Assembly: GCA_918797485.1 (NCBI GenBank)
Contig: CAKKNE010000006.1
Location: 2,108,001-2,172,000 of the forward strand
DNA: 64,000 nucleotides
Reading direction: 5' to 3'
Source: Pelagomonas calceolata
Lineage: Eukaryota
Shown: positions 1 to 10,305 of the stretch, piece after piece
Position numbering within the stretch: position 1 is the stretch's first letter
Layout of the letters: each line of letters opens with the position of its first letter
Notes under the pieces: generated by a model
Told to the model about the DNA's origin: nothing
The model's database searches: none
Seen by the model: the letters and a program-made list of their open reading frames with translations, nothing else
Program-made: the position numbers and the translations under genes

Positions 1-1038
1 TCGTGAGGGAGTGCGGCGCGAGTGTCTACTCGGCGAGCGATAGTGCTGCCAAAGAGTTCGGCGAAAACGTGCCTCTGTCCGCGCGGGGCGCGGCGTCGCT
101 CGCGCGGCGGTTATTGGACCCGCTCGGCGCTTTTCCGCGTGGGAATCAACCAGTACGTGTCGCGTCGATGGCGTTTACCCTCGACGCCATCGAGCAGACA
201 GCACACCGTCGAGCAGCCACAAAGACAACGCCGCGTCGCAGGCGAGTACGTCAAGCTGGACCCGAAGACGCTCGGCGTCGGCTCCTACCAGCACGACTTA
301 GATGCCAAGCAGCTCCGAAGAGCCTTGGACGGGGCCGTCGAGGACGCCGTGAGTGGCGTCGGCGTCGACGCGAACGGCGCGTCCTCGGCACTTTTAGAAA
401 GAGTCGCTGGGCTGAATGCGACCTTAGCCAAGGCTCTCGTGGCTGATAGGCCGTTCTCTTCGCGCAACGACCTGAAACGAGTGAAAGGATTGGGCCCGAA
501 GACGTTTGACAATGTGGCGGGTTTCCTGCGCGTGTCAAATTCGCGCGAGGTCCTCGACGCGACGCGTATCCACCCGGACGACTACGGCGAGGCCTGGCGC
601 TTGTTGCGGAAGGCCGGCGTTTCATCAGATGATGTACAACGCGCTTCTGTCAAAGGCGGCGGTTTAGGTTCAGACACAATTGAAAAACTACGAAGGCTCC
701 CGCCGTCGTCGCTCGTCGAATTACTGTGCGACCCTTGTTTAGCCGGCGACGCGCGGTATGTATTGGCGCCGCCGCCCATCCTGGAAAGAGGGGCACCGCT
801 CACTTTGAAGGATTGTAACGTGGGAAGGGTCTTCGCGGGGACCGTGCGCAACGTGGCTCCTTTTGGCGCTTTCGTCGATATTGGGGTCGGCGTGGACGGG
901 CTCTTGCACTCCTCGCAGTTCGGCCCTTCGGATAGGATTGAAATAGGGGCGCGCGTCGACGTGGCCGTGGTGGAGGTCGACGAGCCTAGAAGGCGTGTCG
1001 GCTTGCGGTTGGCGCGGAAGCGGGGGCGGGACCCGTGA
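1..1038 (+). CDS. Tex/SRBD1-like protein, 3' part (YqgF end, HHH, S1 domain); 5' end outside window; intron 127..241
   Basis: Splicing gives SLARRLLDPLG|EYVKLDPKTLGVGSYQHD; also LDATRIHPDDY and S1 motif GTVRNVAPFGAFVDIGVGVDGLLH. Confidence 0.9.
127..241 (+). mobile_element. Introner-like GC-AG intron
   Basis: Removal restores the Tex frame; TIR-like CCGCGTGGGAATCAACC starts 8 nt after the donor; internal hairpin CGATGGCGT...ACGCCATCG. Confidence 0.8.
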
Positions 1039-1081
1039 TTTTGTGGCTACGTACGATGCTGCGAGGCCGTCCGCGTCGTCG

Positions 1082-1253
1082 GGAACCTCGCAATCTCTGG
1101 TTGAAGGCGCGGACCGGAGTATGCGCGGTCACGTCGTTCTGTGAGTCCGCCCGCGCGTCGTCGGGCGTGCTGTCGCGCCAGGAACCTCGCGAACTCTGGT
1201 TGAAGGCCCGGGCCGGGTTACCTCGTAAAACTCTGGTTGAAGGCGCGGGCCGG
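1082..1253. repeat. Three imperfect copies of ACCTCG-N4/5-CTCTGGTTGAAGGC
   Basis: Copies near 1085, 1184 and 1220. Confidence 0.7.
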
Positions 1254-1499
1254 ATACGGCGCGTCCAGCCAGCCCCGAGAGCTCTCCGGAGGTGTCTCTG
1301 AATGGGCCTGTGTAGTTTTGCGTCATAAGCTAGCGAATAGTGAAGGGAGCCCCGCGGGGCACCCGTCAGGTTGTTGGATCCCGTTCTTTCCGTCGTTGCT
1401 TTCGATCGGTGCTTGGAGAGGTGCTCGTAGACGTGGGACGCGTCGATAGTGACCCAGCGCGGCGACGCGTCTCGCAGGCCGGCAATTGCTCGACACTTT

Positions 1500-2270
1500 T
1501 TGCGTACATTGTAGCGGCCGAACCCACCCTCCACTACTATGAAGGGCTCCGAGGGTTCATAAAACGTACACTGAGATCCTGGACGAGCGACGGCCGCGTA
1601 ACCGCTCGCAGAGATGAGGGCAAAGTCTCTCTTAGCCTTAACATATATCGTGGCCGCGGCGGCGCCGGGCGGCCGCGAAACGTGGCACGCATTTTTTCGG
1701 GCGGGTCGTAACTCCACAATTTGACGTATCGGAGCCGAAGCCGCGTCGCGAGCGCCTCCAGCCAGGCCTCGAGGCGCCCGGCGTCGCCCGTCGTCCGCCG
1801 CTCGGCGCTGTCGTCGCGCGACGCGTAGACCAGGAGATCACCTGGCTCCGACGCCGCATCCCTCCGGCGAAACCAGTCGTACGCGCCGCGCGGGTAGCAG
1901 TCGACCGACTCCTCACCAAGGAAGACCCACTCCCGCGTGGCGCCGTCGGCGGCCAGTCCGCAGCGCGTCGCGCGCCAGGGCCGGAGGTCGCCCTCGTGCG
2001 CCGCGCGGTGCGTCGCCCGCGGCGACTCGACGACCAGCGTGGCGTCTGGTAAAAGGTACTTCTGCACGAGCGCCGCGACGCCGCGCGTCGGCACGGAGTT
2101 TATGAGCGCATGCTGGAACGTGAACGGCAGGAAATGGTCCTGCGCCAGGACGCACGGCCCCGCGCGCGGCGCGCCGTCGTCGGGCCGGCACGCGATGCGT
2201 CGCGCCCGCCGCCGCCGGCCGTGCGGTCCCAGCGCCGCCGGGAGGATGCAGCGCGCGAGCGTGACGCGCG
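1500..2270 (-). pseudogene. Probable degenerate glycosyltransferase family 61-like fragment
   Basis: FQHALINSVP and LLVYASRDDSAERR...MRATFRG resemble GT61; no credible start; frame appears to shift near 1670. Confidence 0.35.
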
Positions 2271-2287
2271 TCGCCGGCGCGAAGTAT

Positions 2288-2464
2288 GACCCCGCCACCC
2301 CCGACGATCTCCGCGAGGCCGTGACGACGCTCGAGGACACGGAACGGATCGCGCGCCGCGTGCTGGGTGGGGCACACCCTTTCACGTTAGCGGTTGAGCG
2401 CAACCTGCGAAACGCGCGATTCGCGCTACGCGCCCACGAAACGCCGCCGCCGGGTAGCGCGTAA
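2288..2464 (+). pseudogene. Orphan 3' fragment of the MYND-RING-TPR gene family
   Basis: LREAVTTLEDT..ARRVLGGAHP matches the C-terminus of 43414..44601; 34 nt identical (2309..2342 vs 43569..43602). Confidence 0.8.
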
Positions 2465-2504
2465 ATTCTCCAGTATAGCTATTATCACAAGAACAAACAG
2501 ACCC

Positions 2505-3083
2505 CTACGACGCCGCCATCTCCTCGTCGTCGTCGTCGTAGGCCAGCCTTCTACGAACGTGCCGGTCCGGCGTCACGCGGTCGATCGCAGCGCAAGCGCG
2601 CCGCCGCCGCTCGACGCTCGACGGGCAGCCGCCGTTGTAGGCGTCGCTCGCGAAGGAGCCCGGTCTCGAGACGTCGACGTCCACAACAACGCCCTCGGCC
2701 GTCTGCCGCACGCGCGTCCGATACGTCCGCTGGGCGAAAGGGCCGCGTTCGGCGCACGCGCCCGTTTCAGAATGGACGCGGCGGCCGTGTGCCGGGCACC
2801 TTATTGAACCGTCGTCCTCGATGTCGCCCGTGCCGCAACCGTCGAACAACGGCTCGCCCATGTGGTAACAGTGCCCATCGAACGCGACGTAGGTGCCGTC
2901 TTTGTTTAATCCGACGCATATCACGAGGCCGCTGTTGCCCTTCAGTGCCGTGAAGGTGTTTGGCCGCTGCGGTAGTTTTGACGGCGGCCAGGCGAGCCAC
3001 TTCGGCCCGGGCCGCGGGCTGCGCGGCGGCGGCGGGAGGCCGTCGAGCGGGTCCACGGCCTTGGTCGGCGTGACGAACTGCAT
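2505..3083 (-). CDS. Rieske [2Fe-2S] domain protein
   Basis: CYHMG and CPAHG cluster-binding motifs. Confidence 0.85.
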   Translation of the reverse strand: MQFVTPTKAVDPLDGLPPPPRSPRPGPKWLAWPPSKLPQRPNTFTALKGNSGLVICVGLNKDGTYVAFDGHCYHMGEPLFDGCGTGDIEDDGSIRCPAHGRRVHSETGACAERGPFAQRTYRTRVRQTAEGVVVDVDVSRPGSFASDAYNGGCPSSVERRRRACAAIDRVTPDRHVRRRLAYDDDDEEMAAS

Positions 3084-3317
3084 GGTGTGTCCGCTGCGCG
3101 TCCGCTGCGAAAGTGGGCGTTTATAGTGCCTCCCGGGCGATGTCGAAATTGCTCTGCGTTTTTCGCGCCTCTGAGCGCGGCGCGAGTGTGGCGTAGGTGT
3201 GGCCGCGAGTGCCGCAGCGTTTAGGCACAGTTAGAGCACGTCCGCAACGGCTATCTCCTGTCCCAATGAACTTGTTTGAGCAGCCGTGGGCCGACGCGGG
3301 ACTCCGCGCCTTCGCAG

Positions 3318-3341
3318 CTAGCTAGGCCTGTAACACACTAG
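3318..3341 (+). promoter_or_regulatory. CTAG-box motif copy
   Basis: CTAGCTAGGCCTGTAACACACTAG upstream of the Rieske gene. Confidence 0.65.
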
Positions 3342-3368
3342 AAATATCATCGTTCGCACATTAACACT

Positions 3369-4265
3369 CTAGACGGCCGGCACCGCCGGAGACGACCCCC
3401 AAAGCCGGTCGAACAGCTCCCGCGCCCGCTGTTTCCGGTCGCCGGAGGTCTCCACGCGCGCCGCGGCGGCCGCGAAACGCTCGGCCTCCTGCGACCGCCC
3501 GAGCAGCTCCAGCGCCTCGCCCAACCTCCGCCAGGCCAGACCGTAAGCGGGAAGCGCCGCCGCCGCCGCCGCAGCGTCGGCCAGCGCTCCGCGCGCGAGG
3601 AATTCGGCCGACGCGAGCTCAAAGACGACGCGGGATGCCGTCGCGTCGAGCGATGGAATCGCGTCCAGCGCCAGCAACGCAGCTGCGAGCGGCTGGTCGA
3701 AGGTCCCCAGCGCATGCAAGAGCACGCGCCTTGTCGAAACGGCCGGCACGGCCTTCGCCTTCCGCGCTACAGTTAAACCACGCTTTCGCCGCTCCTTGGC
3801 CAGCATCAACCGCGACCCCGCCCGCCCCGTCAGCACGGGCGCTCGTTGCGGCCCGTGCCTCGTGTGCAGCGCGTCGGAATACAATCTCAAGGCGAGATCA
3901 TAGTCCTTGCGACGGTGCGCCGCCTCGGCCAACCGATGGAGCTCGAGGCACTTGGCCGCCGTAGCGTCGACGTCGATGTCGAGGTGGTTCCTCAAAATGT
4001 GCGTGATTTTTTCTACGCTATTCACGCCGTGGAACTCCAACACGTCGTCACCGACGACGGCCGCGCAGTTCGGGCCTTCTGCACACCTCCCGAAGCACGC
4101 GTGGGGCTGGACGTCAACCGGTTGCTTCGCGATGGATAGAGGCGCGCCGAGCACCAAAGCCGCGTGCCGTTCGCGGCACCACTTGTTGCTACAGACGAAG
4201 AGCGTCTTCTTTTTTTGAGGGTCGTAGGCTCGCGCCGCCGCTAGGGCGAGGAGGAGGCGGCGCAT
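3369..4265 (-). CDS. Thioredoxin-like [2Fe-2S] ferredoxin domain plus TPR protein with signal peptide
   Basis: VCSNKWC...CFGRCAEGPN motif, then TPR-like helices; start MRRLLLALAAARA. Confidence 0.75.
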   Translation of the reverse strand: MRRLLLALAAARAYDPQKKKTLFVCSNKWCRERHAALVLGAPLSIAKQPVDVQPHACFGRCAEGPNCAAVVGDDVLEFHGVNSVEKITHILRNHLDIDVDATAAKCLELHRLAEAAHRRKDYDLALRLYSDALHTRHGPQRAPVLTGRAGSRLMLAKERRKRGLTVARKAKAVPAVSTRRVLLHALGTFDQPLAAALLALDAIPSLDATASRVVFELASAEFLARGALADAAAAAAALPAYGLAWRRLGEALELLGRSQEAERFAAAAARVETSGDRKQRARELFDRLWGSSPAVPAV

Positions 4266-4465
4266 CTTCGGCGTCACGCAGGAATACCTCAGTGCTCTGC
4301 TCAGAGCTGCAGAGTGCACTGGTCTCAGCTCGCTGGAACCGCGTCCTGTTGCCAGGGCGTGACCACAATGGTATTTTGATGTCCCGCAGCACCCGCAGGT
4401 CAATTGTGATCACTTCTGTCAATCGGTACGACCTGCAGATCACCCGGAATCACTCGATGACGATT

Positions 4466-4487
4466 TTAGCTAGCTGTAAGACACTAG
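4466..4487 (+). promoter_or_regulatory. CTAG-box motif copy
   Basis: TTAGCTAGCTGTAAGACACTAG between divergent genes. Confidence 0.7.
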
Positions 4488-4765
4488 CGAGCAAGCAGGC
4501 ATCACTCCGACAACAGACCATTCCCCACCGCGCACCAGCCATAGAAAGGACCAATACAGCAGCCCGACCGACCGCGCCGAAGCGCCGGTGGCATGCCGGC
4601 AGCGCCAACCATTTTGTAAACCGGCCGCGTTGGGCAGCGCGGTACGCAGTCGCAGCCAACGCGAAGCTGCTGCAGCCCCACGAGAAGCGGTCGAACACGT
4701 AGCTCGCGGACCCACGTGCACCACCCACAGCAAGCAGGGCAGCCCCACAGTCAAAGCATGCAGCC

Positions 4766-7700
4766 ATGACCGAGCGGGGCCTGCAAAGGACCGCGTCCTA
4801 TGCGAGCACGGACGACGAATCCAACGCGAGCGAGGACCGCGTTCGAGTATGTGTTAGAATACGACCGCTGGCGCCGAAGGAGGCGGCAAGGGGCGCGACG
4901 ATCAGCTGCCGCGCCGACGGTTCGGAGGTCGTGCTCGATGAAGGTAAACGATATGCGTATGATTGTGTGTTTGGCGACAAGAGTTGTGATGAGGCCCAGG
5001 CGCAGGACGACGTCTGGCGGGAACTAGCACCTACACTAGCTCCGGCGGCGAAAGAAGGCTACAACGTCAGCTTGTTAGCCTACGGCCAGACGGGCTCGGG
5101 CAAGTCGCACACCATGTTCGGCCGCAAGTCTTGTCGGGGCGTCGTGCCGCGGTTCTGCGAGGCTTTGTTCGAGGACGGTGAGGAGGGTTTATCTGTAGCT
5201 GCGTCCATGCTCGAGATCTACAACGAGAAGTTGAGGGATTTACTGGTGACTTCTTCCGAGTCATTACGCATCCGGGAAGACCCGCAGACGGGGCCTTATG
5301 CCGCCGGAGCTACTGTCGTGAAGTGCGCGTCGGCGCAAGATCTGCTGAGGTTGGTTCGGCTGGGCGCGCGCAATAGGACCATTGCCTCAACAAGAATGAA
5401 CGAGACGTCGTCGAGAGCCCACACGGTCTTCACCGTGCGACTCGTGCGAGATTCCGTCGAGGACGGGTATTCGCTGCGAAGAAGTGCTTGTGTTCATTTG
5501 GTGGATCTCGCGGGTTCCGAACGGCAGAAACGAGCGGGTTCGACCGGTACGCGCCTGAAGGAGGCCGGCCACATCAATAGGTCTCTCTCGACTCTATCTG
5601 CCGTGGTCAACGCCCTCACGAAAAAGGACGGAAGGCACGTGCCTTACAGAGATTCGACACTCACCCATCTATTGCGAGACTCGCTCGGAGGCAACGCGCG
5701 GACGACCATGGTCGCGACGGTGTCGCCATCAATTGATGACGGAAACGAGACTCATAGTACATTAAGATACGCTGAAAGATGCAAGAAGGTCGCTTGTAGA
5801 CCCGTAATAAACGAGACGGAGCTCTCGAAGCGCGACTCCATCATCCGGAAGATGGCTGAGGAAATTCGACTGCTGCGCGAGGAGCTCGCGGCCGAACGAG
5901 AGAAGAAAACGGTGAGGCCGCAGGGCTTCTCCTCGAGCAGTGAACCTCTCGAGGACGACTCGTCGCCGGGCAAGGCCCTGACGATGGCTCGACAACGCAT
6001 GGAGCAGGACGCCCTCCAGCGCATCACGGACTACGAGTCGTCGATGTCGACGCTCTCCGAGTGGGCGCCGGCGGGCTGCGATTCGTTGACGACCGTGGAT
6101 CAGCTAGAAAGGGCGTCCTTCGGCACGGCGTCTCGAGGTGGTTTAGCTACTAGAAAGTCGTCGCGGGAAGCGAGGCTCGTTAACCTGAACGAGGACCCGC
6201 AGCTGTCTGGCGCGTTACGCTATTCGTTGAAAGAGGGCGCGTCGGTCATCGGGGCCGGTCGGTGCGACGTGCAGCTCGGCGGTACGGGTGTCGCGGAGGA
6301 ACACTCGATCATCAACGTGGTCAACGATGACATCGTCGTGCACAAGCGCCAGGGCGACACCTACGTGAACGGGAGGGAAGTAGTAGAACCAATCAAACTG
6401 AAACACGGCGACCGCGTCGCCTTTGGTAGACTGAACGTCTTTCGATTATCACTACTAGGACAAGACGACGACGGCGAGGGCGACTGGGACGCGGCGGTCG
6501 CCGAGCTCGCGGCGCACGCTTCGTCGACATCGGGCCTGGACCTGCCCTGGGACGACGACGCGTCCTCCTCGACGCGATCTAGACAACCATCTCTGGAAAG
6601 CCTCGACTCGGCCGTCTCTGGGCGCAGCCGGCCGTCGTCGTGCGAGCTCTCGCCCGTCGTCGAGAGCCCCGCGCGGGCGGCGGCGAAAGTCTCCTTCGAC
6701 GATTATGATGCCTTGGGCGACGCCGGCGCGCGCCACCGCGCGGCGGCGCGGCTCCAGGCTCGGTCTCGTGGCCGCGCGGTGCGGCGGCGGCGGAAGAAAG
6801 CGCCGCGACCTGTGATCACGTCGCCCGTCGCGCGCGTGTCGCCGCCCAAGGTCTTCTCTCCATTGGAAGCGGAGGTCGCCGAATTACGTTCAAGGTTGGA
6901 CGCCATCGAGGGGCGCGACCGGCCGCCGGCCTCGCCCGTCGTCGCGCCCGTCGCTCCGGCGGCGTCGCCCGCCGCGAAGGCGGCTCTTGAAAAACGCCTG
7001 CGTGGCGCGCCCGTCGCGCCGCGAGGCATCACGTTCGGCAACGCGGCCGCCGGCGCCGCCGGCGACGTCGGCGGCGACGGCGCGCTCCGGAAGGACGAAG
7101 CGGCCCGCGAGCGCCGGTCGGTCTTCGCGAAGGCGTCGCCCAGCGCGCCGGCGAAGGAGGCGTCGTCGCCGTTCCTGGAGTACCACAACAAAAAATCGAT
7201 CTCGCCCGGCGCGCCGGCGTCGCCCGAAGCTGCGCCCGAGAAACCGCGGCAGCGGCCGCCGCCGCGGCCGCCGCTCGCGGACGTCACGCAGACGTTGGAT
7301 CCGCACGCGCCGCGGGCCGAGCTGCGCGCCGCGCTGAGAAAATTGAGACCCCTCGCGGCCGCGGCGGCCGCGGCCTGGGGCGGCAGCTGGGCGCCGGTCC
7401 TCGAGCCCTGCGTCGCGACCGACGCGACGCTGCGGTGCTTACCGAGTGTCGCGCGCGATAATGGGAGGAGCGTGGACCAATCGCTGCTCCAGTGGGCGTT
7501 GAATAGGGACGAGGAACCCATCCGAGGCGCCGGCCGCATTGGAGTGGCGGGCGTCCATTTAGAGGCTTTGGCGAAGGGCTTCGACGTGCGCGGGAGTGTG
7601 GCGGTTGCGGACCGGTCTGGTGGCACGGCGTGCACGTTAGCCGTTGCTCTTCGCGCTAGGCCCCGCGGCGGCGTCAAAGTTGGTCATCGTGTTTCGATCG

Positions 7701-7939
7701 ACGTGGCCATGGCCGTGACCGACGGGCTGGATGACGTCGATAGCGGTCTACGGCGAAGTTTAGTGTACCAGTTCTTCGACCGGCCGCCCACCGTCGTCGT
7801 GGCCGAGGGGCCGCTGCGCCACGCGGCGTCGCTGGAGCTCGACGTGACGCCGGCGCTCTTTTCTTATTTATCGGCGGAGGCGTTGTTGGTCGAGGTGCGG
7901 CTGGTCGATGAGGCGTCGGTCGCGGCGGCGACTGGGTAG
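4766..7939 (+). CDS. Kinesin-3 family motor (motor, FHA, IQ-like motif)
   Basis: GQTGSGKS, MNETSSRAH, DLAGSE, HVPYRDS; LVNLNEDPQLS followed by an FHA domain. Confidence 0.93.
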   Translation: MTERGLQRTASYASTDDESNASEDRVRVCVRIRPLAPKEAARGATISCRADGSEVVLDEGKRYAYDCVFGDKSCDEAQAQDDVWRELAPTLAPAAKEGYNVSLLAYGQTGSGKSHTMFGRKSCRGVVPRFCEALFEDGEEGLSVAASMLEIYNEKLRDLLVTSSESLRIREDPQTGPYAAGATVVKCASAQDLLRLVRLGARNRTIASTRMNETSSRAHTVFTVRLVRDSVEDGYSLRRSACVHLVDLAGSERQKRAGSTGTRLKEAGHINRSLSTLSAVVNALTKKDGRHVPYRDSTLTHLLRDSLGGNARTTMVATVSPSIDDGNETHSTLRYAERCKKVACRPVINETELSKRDSIIRKMAEEIRLLREELAAEREKKTVRPQGFSSSSEPLEDDSSPGKALTMARQRMEQDALQRITDYESSMSTLSEWAPAGCDSLTTVDQLERASFGTASRGGLATRKSSREARLVNLNEDPQLSGALRYSLKEGASVIGAGRCDVQLGGTGVAEEHSIINVVNDDIVVHKRQGDTYVNGREVVEPIKLKHGDRVAFGRLNVFRLSLLGQDDDGEGDWDAAVAELAAHASSTSGLDLPWDDDASSSTRSRQPSLESLDSAVSGRSRPSSCELSPVVESPARAAAKVSFDDYDALGDAGARHRAAARLQARSRGRAVRRRRKKAPRPVITSPVARVSPPKVFSPLEAEVAELRSRLDAIEGRDRPPASPVVAPVAPAASPAAKAALEKRLRGAPVAPRGITFGNAAAGAAGDVGGDGALRKDEAARERRSVFAKASPSAPAKEASSPFLEYHNKKSISPGAPASPEAAPEKPRQRPPPRPPLADVTQTLDPHAPRAELRAALRKLRPLAAAAAAAWGGSWAPVLEPCVATDATLRCLPSVARDNGRSVDQSLLQWALNRDEEPIRGAGRIGVAGVHLEALAKGFDVRGSVAVADRSGGTACTLAVALRARPRGGVKVGHRVSIDVAMAVTDGLDDVDSGLRRSLVYQFFDRPPTVVVAEGPLRHAASLELDVTPALFSYLSAEALLVEVRLVDEASVAAATG

Positions 7940-7998
7940 GGTAATAAATGTGGTAACAGGAACTTATACGAGGGGGCGGGAAAACAGGAGAGACGGAT

Positions 7999-8706
<708 letters not shown>

Positions 8707-8756
8707 CTTGGGGAGCGCTGTGGCCGGCGCTTGTCGTTTTTACGAGGAGCTGTCTC

Positions 8757-8775
8757 CTAGCATCCGTAACGCTAG
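8757..8775 (+). promoter_or_regulatory. Degenerate CTAG-box motif copy
   Basis: CTAGCATCCGTAACGCTAG between divergent H3 and FKBP genes. Confidence 0.4.
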
Positions 8776-8974
8776 CAGCAGGGCGGTTTTTCCTCCAGCA
8801 AGCTTGACCCTATCTCTGTAGCGGCTCTCTACGTCCTCAGAGACGGGTCTTTGTCGGCTTGACACCCGGCACATAGCACCTGTGATGCAGCAAAGCTATC
8901 TTTGGGTTGGACCTGCACGAGCGGCGTGTGGTCAACCGTATTAATAGCTGTGAGGCCTCGGAGACACAGCAACC

Positions 8975-9841
8975 ATGCGGTGCTTCGCCGCTGCGCTGTT
9001 GGTGACGCCGGCCGTCACGCTCGTGGCGCCCATAGCTAGAGCACCCAGCCAATGCAGCTTTCCAGCGCGGCAATCGACGTTCGCGGTGCCTTCGTAGTGA
9101 CGCCTTATGTCGACGTGCACGCCATCGATGCGACGCCTGCGCGATGGCGTGATATTAAAGCTCGATTCGGTTCAGTCGGCGCCGCGTCGTCGCCGAGCAC
9201 GCAGCTGCTCACCCATTTTCAACGCAGGCGTCCTCCAGTCCCAGGCCGAGATCGCGTCCTTCATGGAGGCGACGCTGCCGCAGGACAAGGGCGACACGCT
9301 GCCGGCGTCGCCGATCATGGACTTCGAGAAGGGCCCCGAGGGGTTACTTTATAAGGATGATGTGGTAGGCACGGGGCCCTCTCCCACGGTGGGCGACGAG
9401 CTCGAGGTCCACTACGCGGGCTGGTACTACGCGCCCGGCTCGACCGAGGGCGTGAAGTTCGACGACAGTCGGGACCGCGACGCCAACAAAGGCCTGATGT
9501 TCGAGCTCGGTATTGCGCCCATCATCAAGGGCTGGTCGCTCGGCTTGGAGACGATGAAGCAGGGCGGCAAGCGCTCGCTCATCATCCCGCCGACGCTGGG
9601 CTACGGCGACGTGGAAGTGTCGAGTGCGGGCAGACCCTCGATCCCGCCGAACTCGGAGCTGCGCTTCGAATTGGAGCTCGTGACGGTGAACAACGACATC
9701 ATCCGCAAGATGCGTAGGAGTCTGAACGACTTCCTGCGGCCGCAGGGCTCGGATTTCGTCTCGCCCGAGGAGAAGCAGGCCATCCGCGACGGCACGCTGA
9801 AGAAGCCGCTCATCGAGCAGCTGTTCCAGAAGAAGGACTAG
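8975..9841 (+). CDS. FKBP-type peptidyl-prolyl isomerase, probably plastid-targeted; intron ~9086..9227; 5' frame ambiguous
   Basis: VHYAGW, FDDSRDR, IIKGWSLG, GKRSLIIPPTLGYG, IPPNSELRFELEL. Confidence 0.88.
9086..9227 (+). mobile_element. Introner-like intron with eroded 8-bp TSD
   Basis: GTGCCTTC at the donor vs GCGTCCTC after the acceptor (C/T differences only); hairpin CACGCCATCG...CGATGGCGTG. Confidence 0.65.
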
Positions 9842-10089
9842 GTTTGACGAGTGGGGGCGCGTAAGTGGAGGTGGCGCGTCGACGGCGTTTGGTTGGGGCG
9901 GGGCACCTTTGCTGTGCCTGACTCCATTGTTGTCTCAGGCTCGCGGGCCCGCGTCGAATCCGCGTCGGCGCGTCGAGCGGCGGTGCGACCCCCTCCACGA
10001 CGTCGCCGCCACCCCCCCGCGGCGTCGACGCGACCTCGGCGTCGCCAAGGCTCACAACCTAGTATTCACATGCCGTCTGATTTTGCTTG

Positions 10090-10110
10090 CTAGTGACTTA
10101 CTGTCGCTAG
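10090..10110 (-). promoter_or_regulatory. CTAG-box motif copy
   Basis: Minus strand reads CTAGCGACAGTAAGTCACTAG; upstream of the gene at 10306. Confidence 0.65.
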
Positions 10111-10305
10111 CTCGGGGTTGCCTCCGATCAACTAGCTCTGCTCGGCTTTACTGCAACGCAAACATAGCTTTCAGCGCAGCACCGCTCCGCATATTGACCA
10201 CAGCGGTGGACTGCAGCAGTACAAGAAGTTTCGACGAGCGTTGGGCGACTGACGCCAATTGCACTCTCTCACCCCTGAGAGCAGCCACTTGCAGCAAGAG
10301 CAGCG

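Noticed and set aside
986..1717. 243-aa minus-strand ORF as an intact gene or transposase
   Set aside because: No recognisable catalytic motif; it overlaps the Tex stop and repeat region and is at most partly a pseudogene frame.
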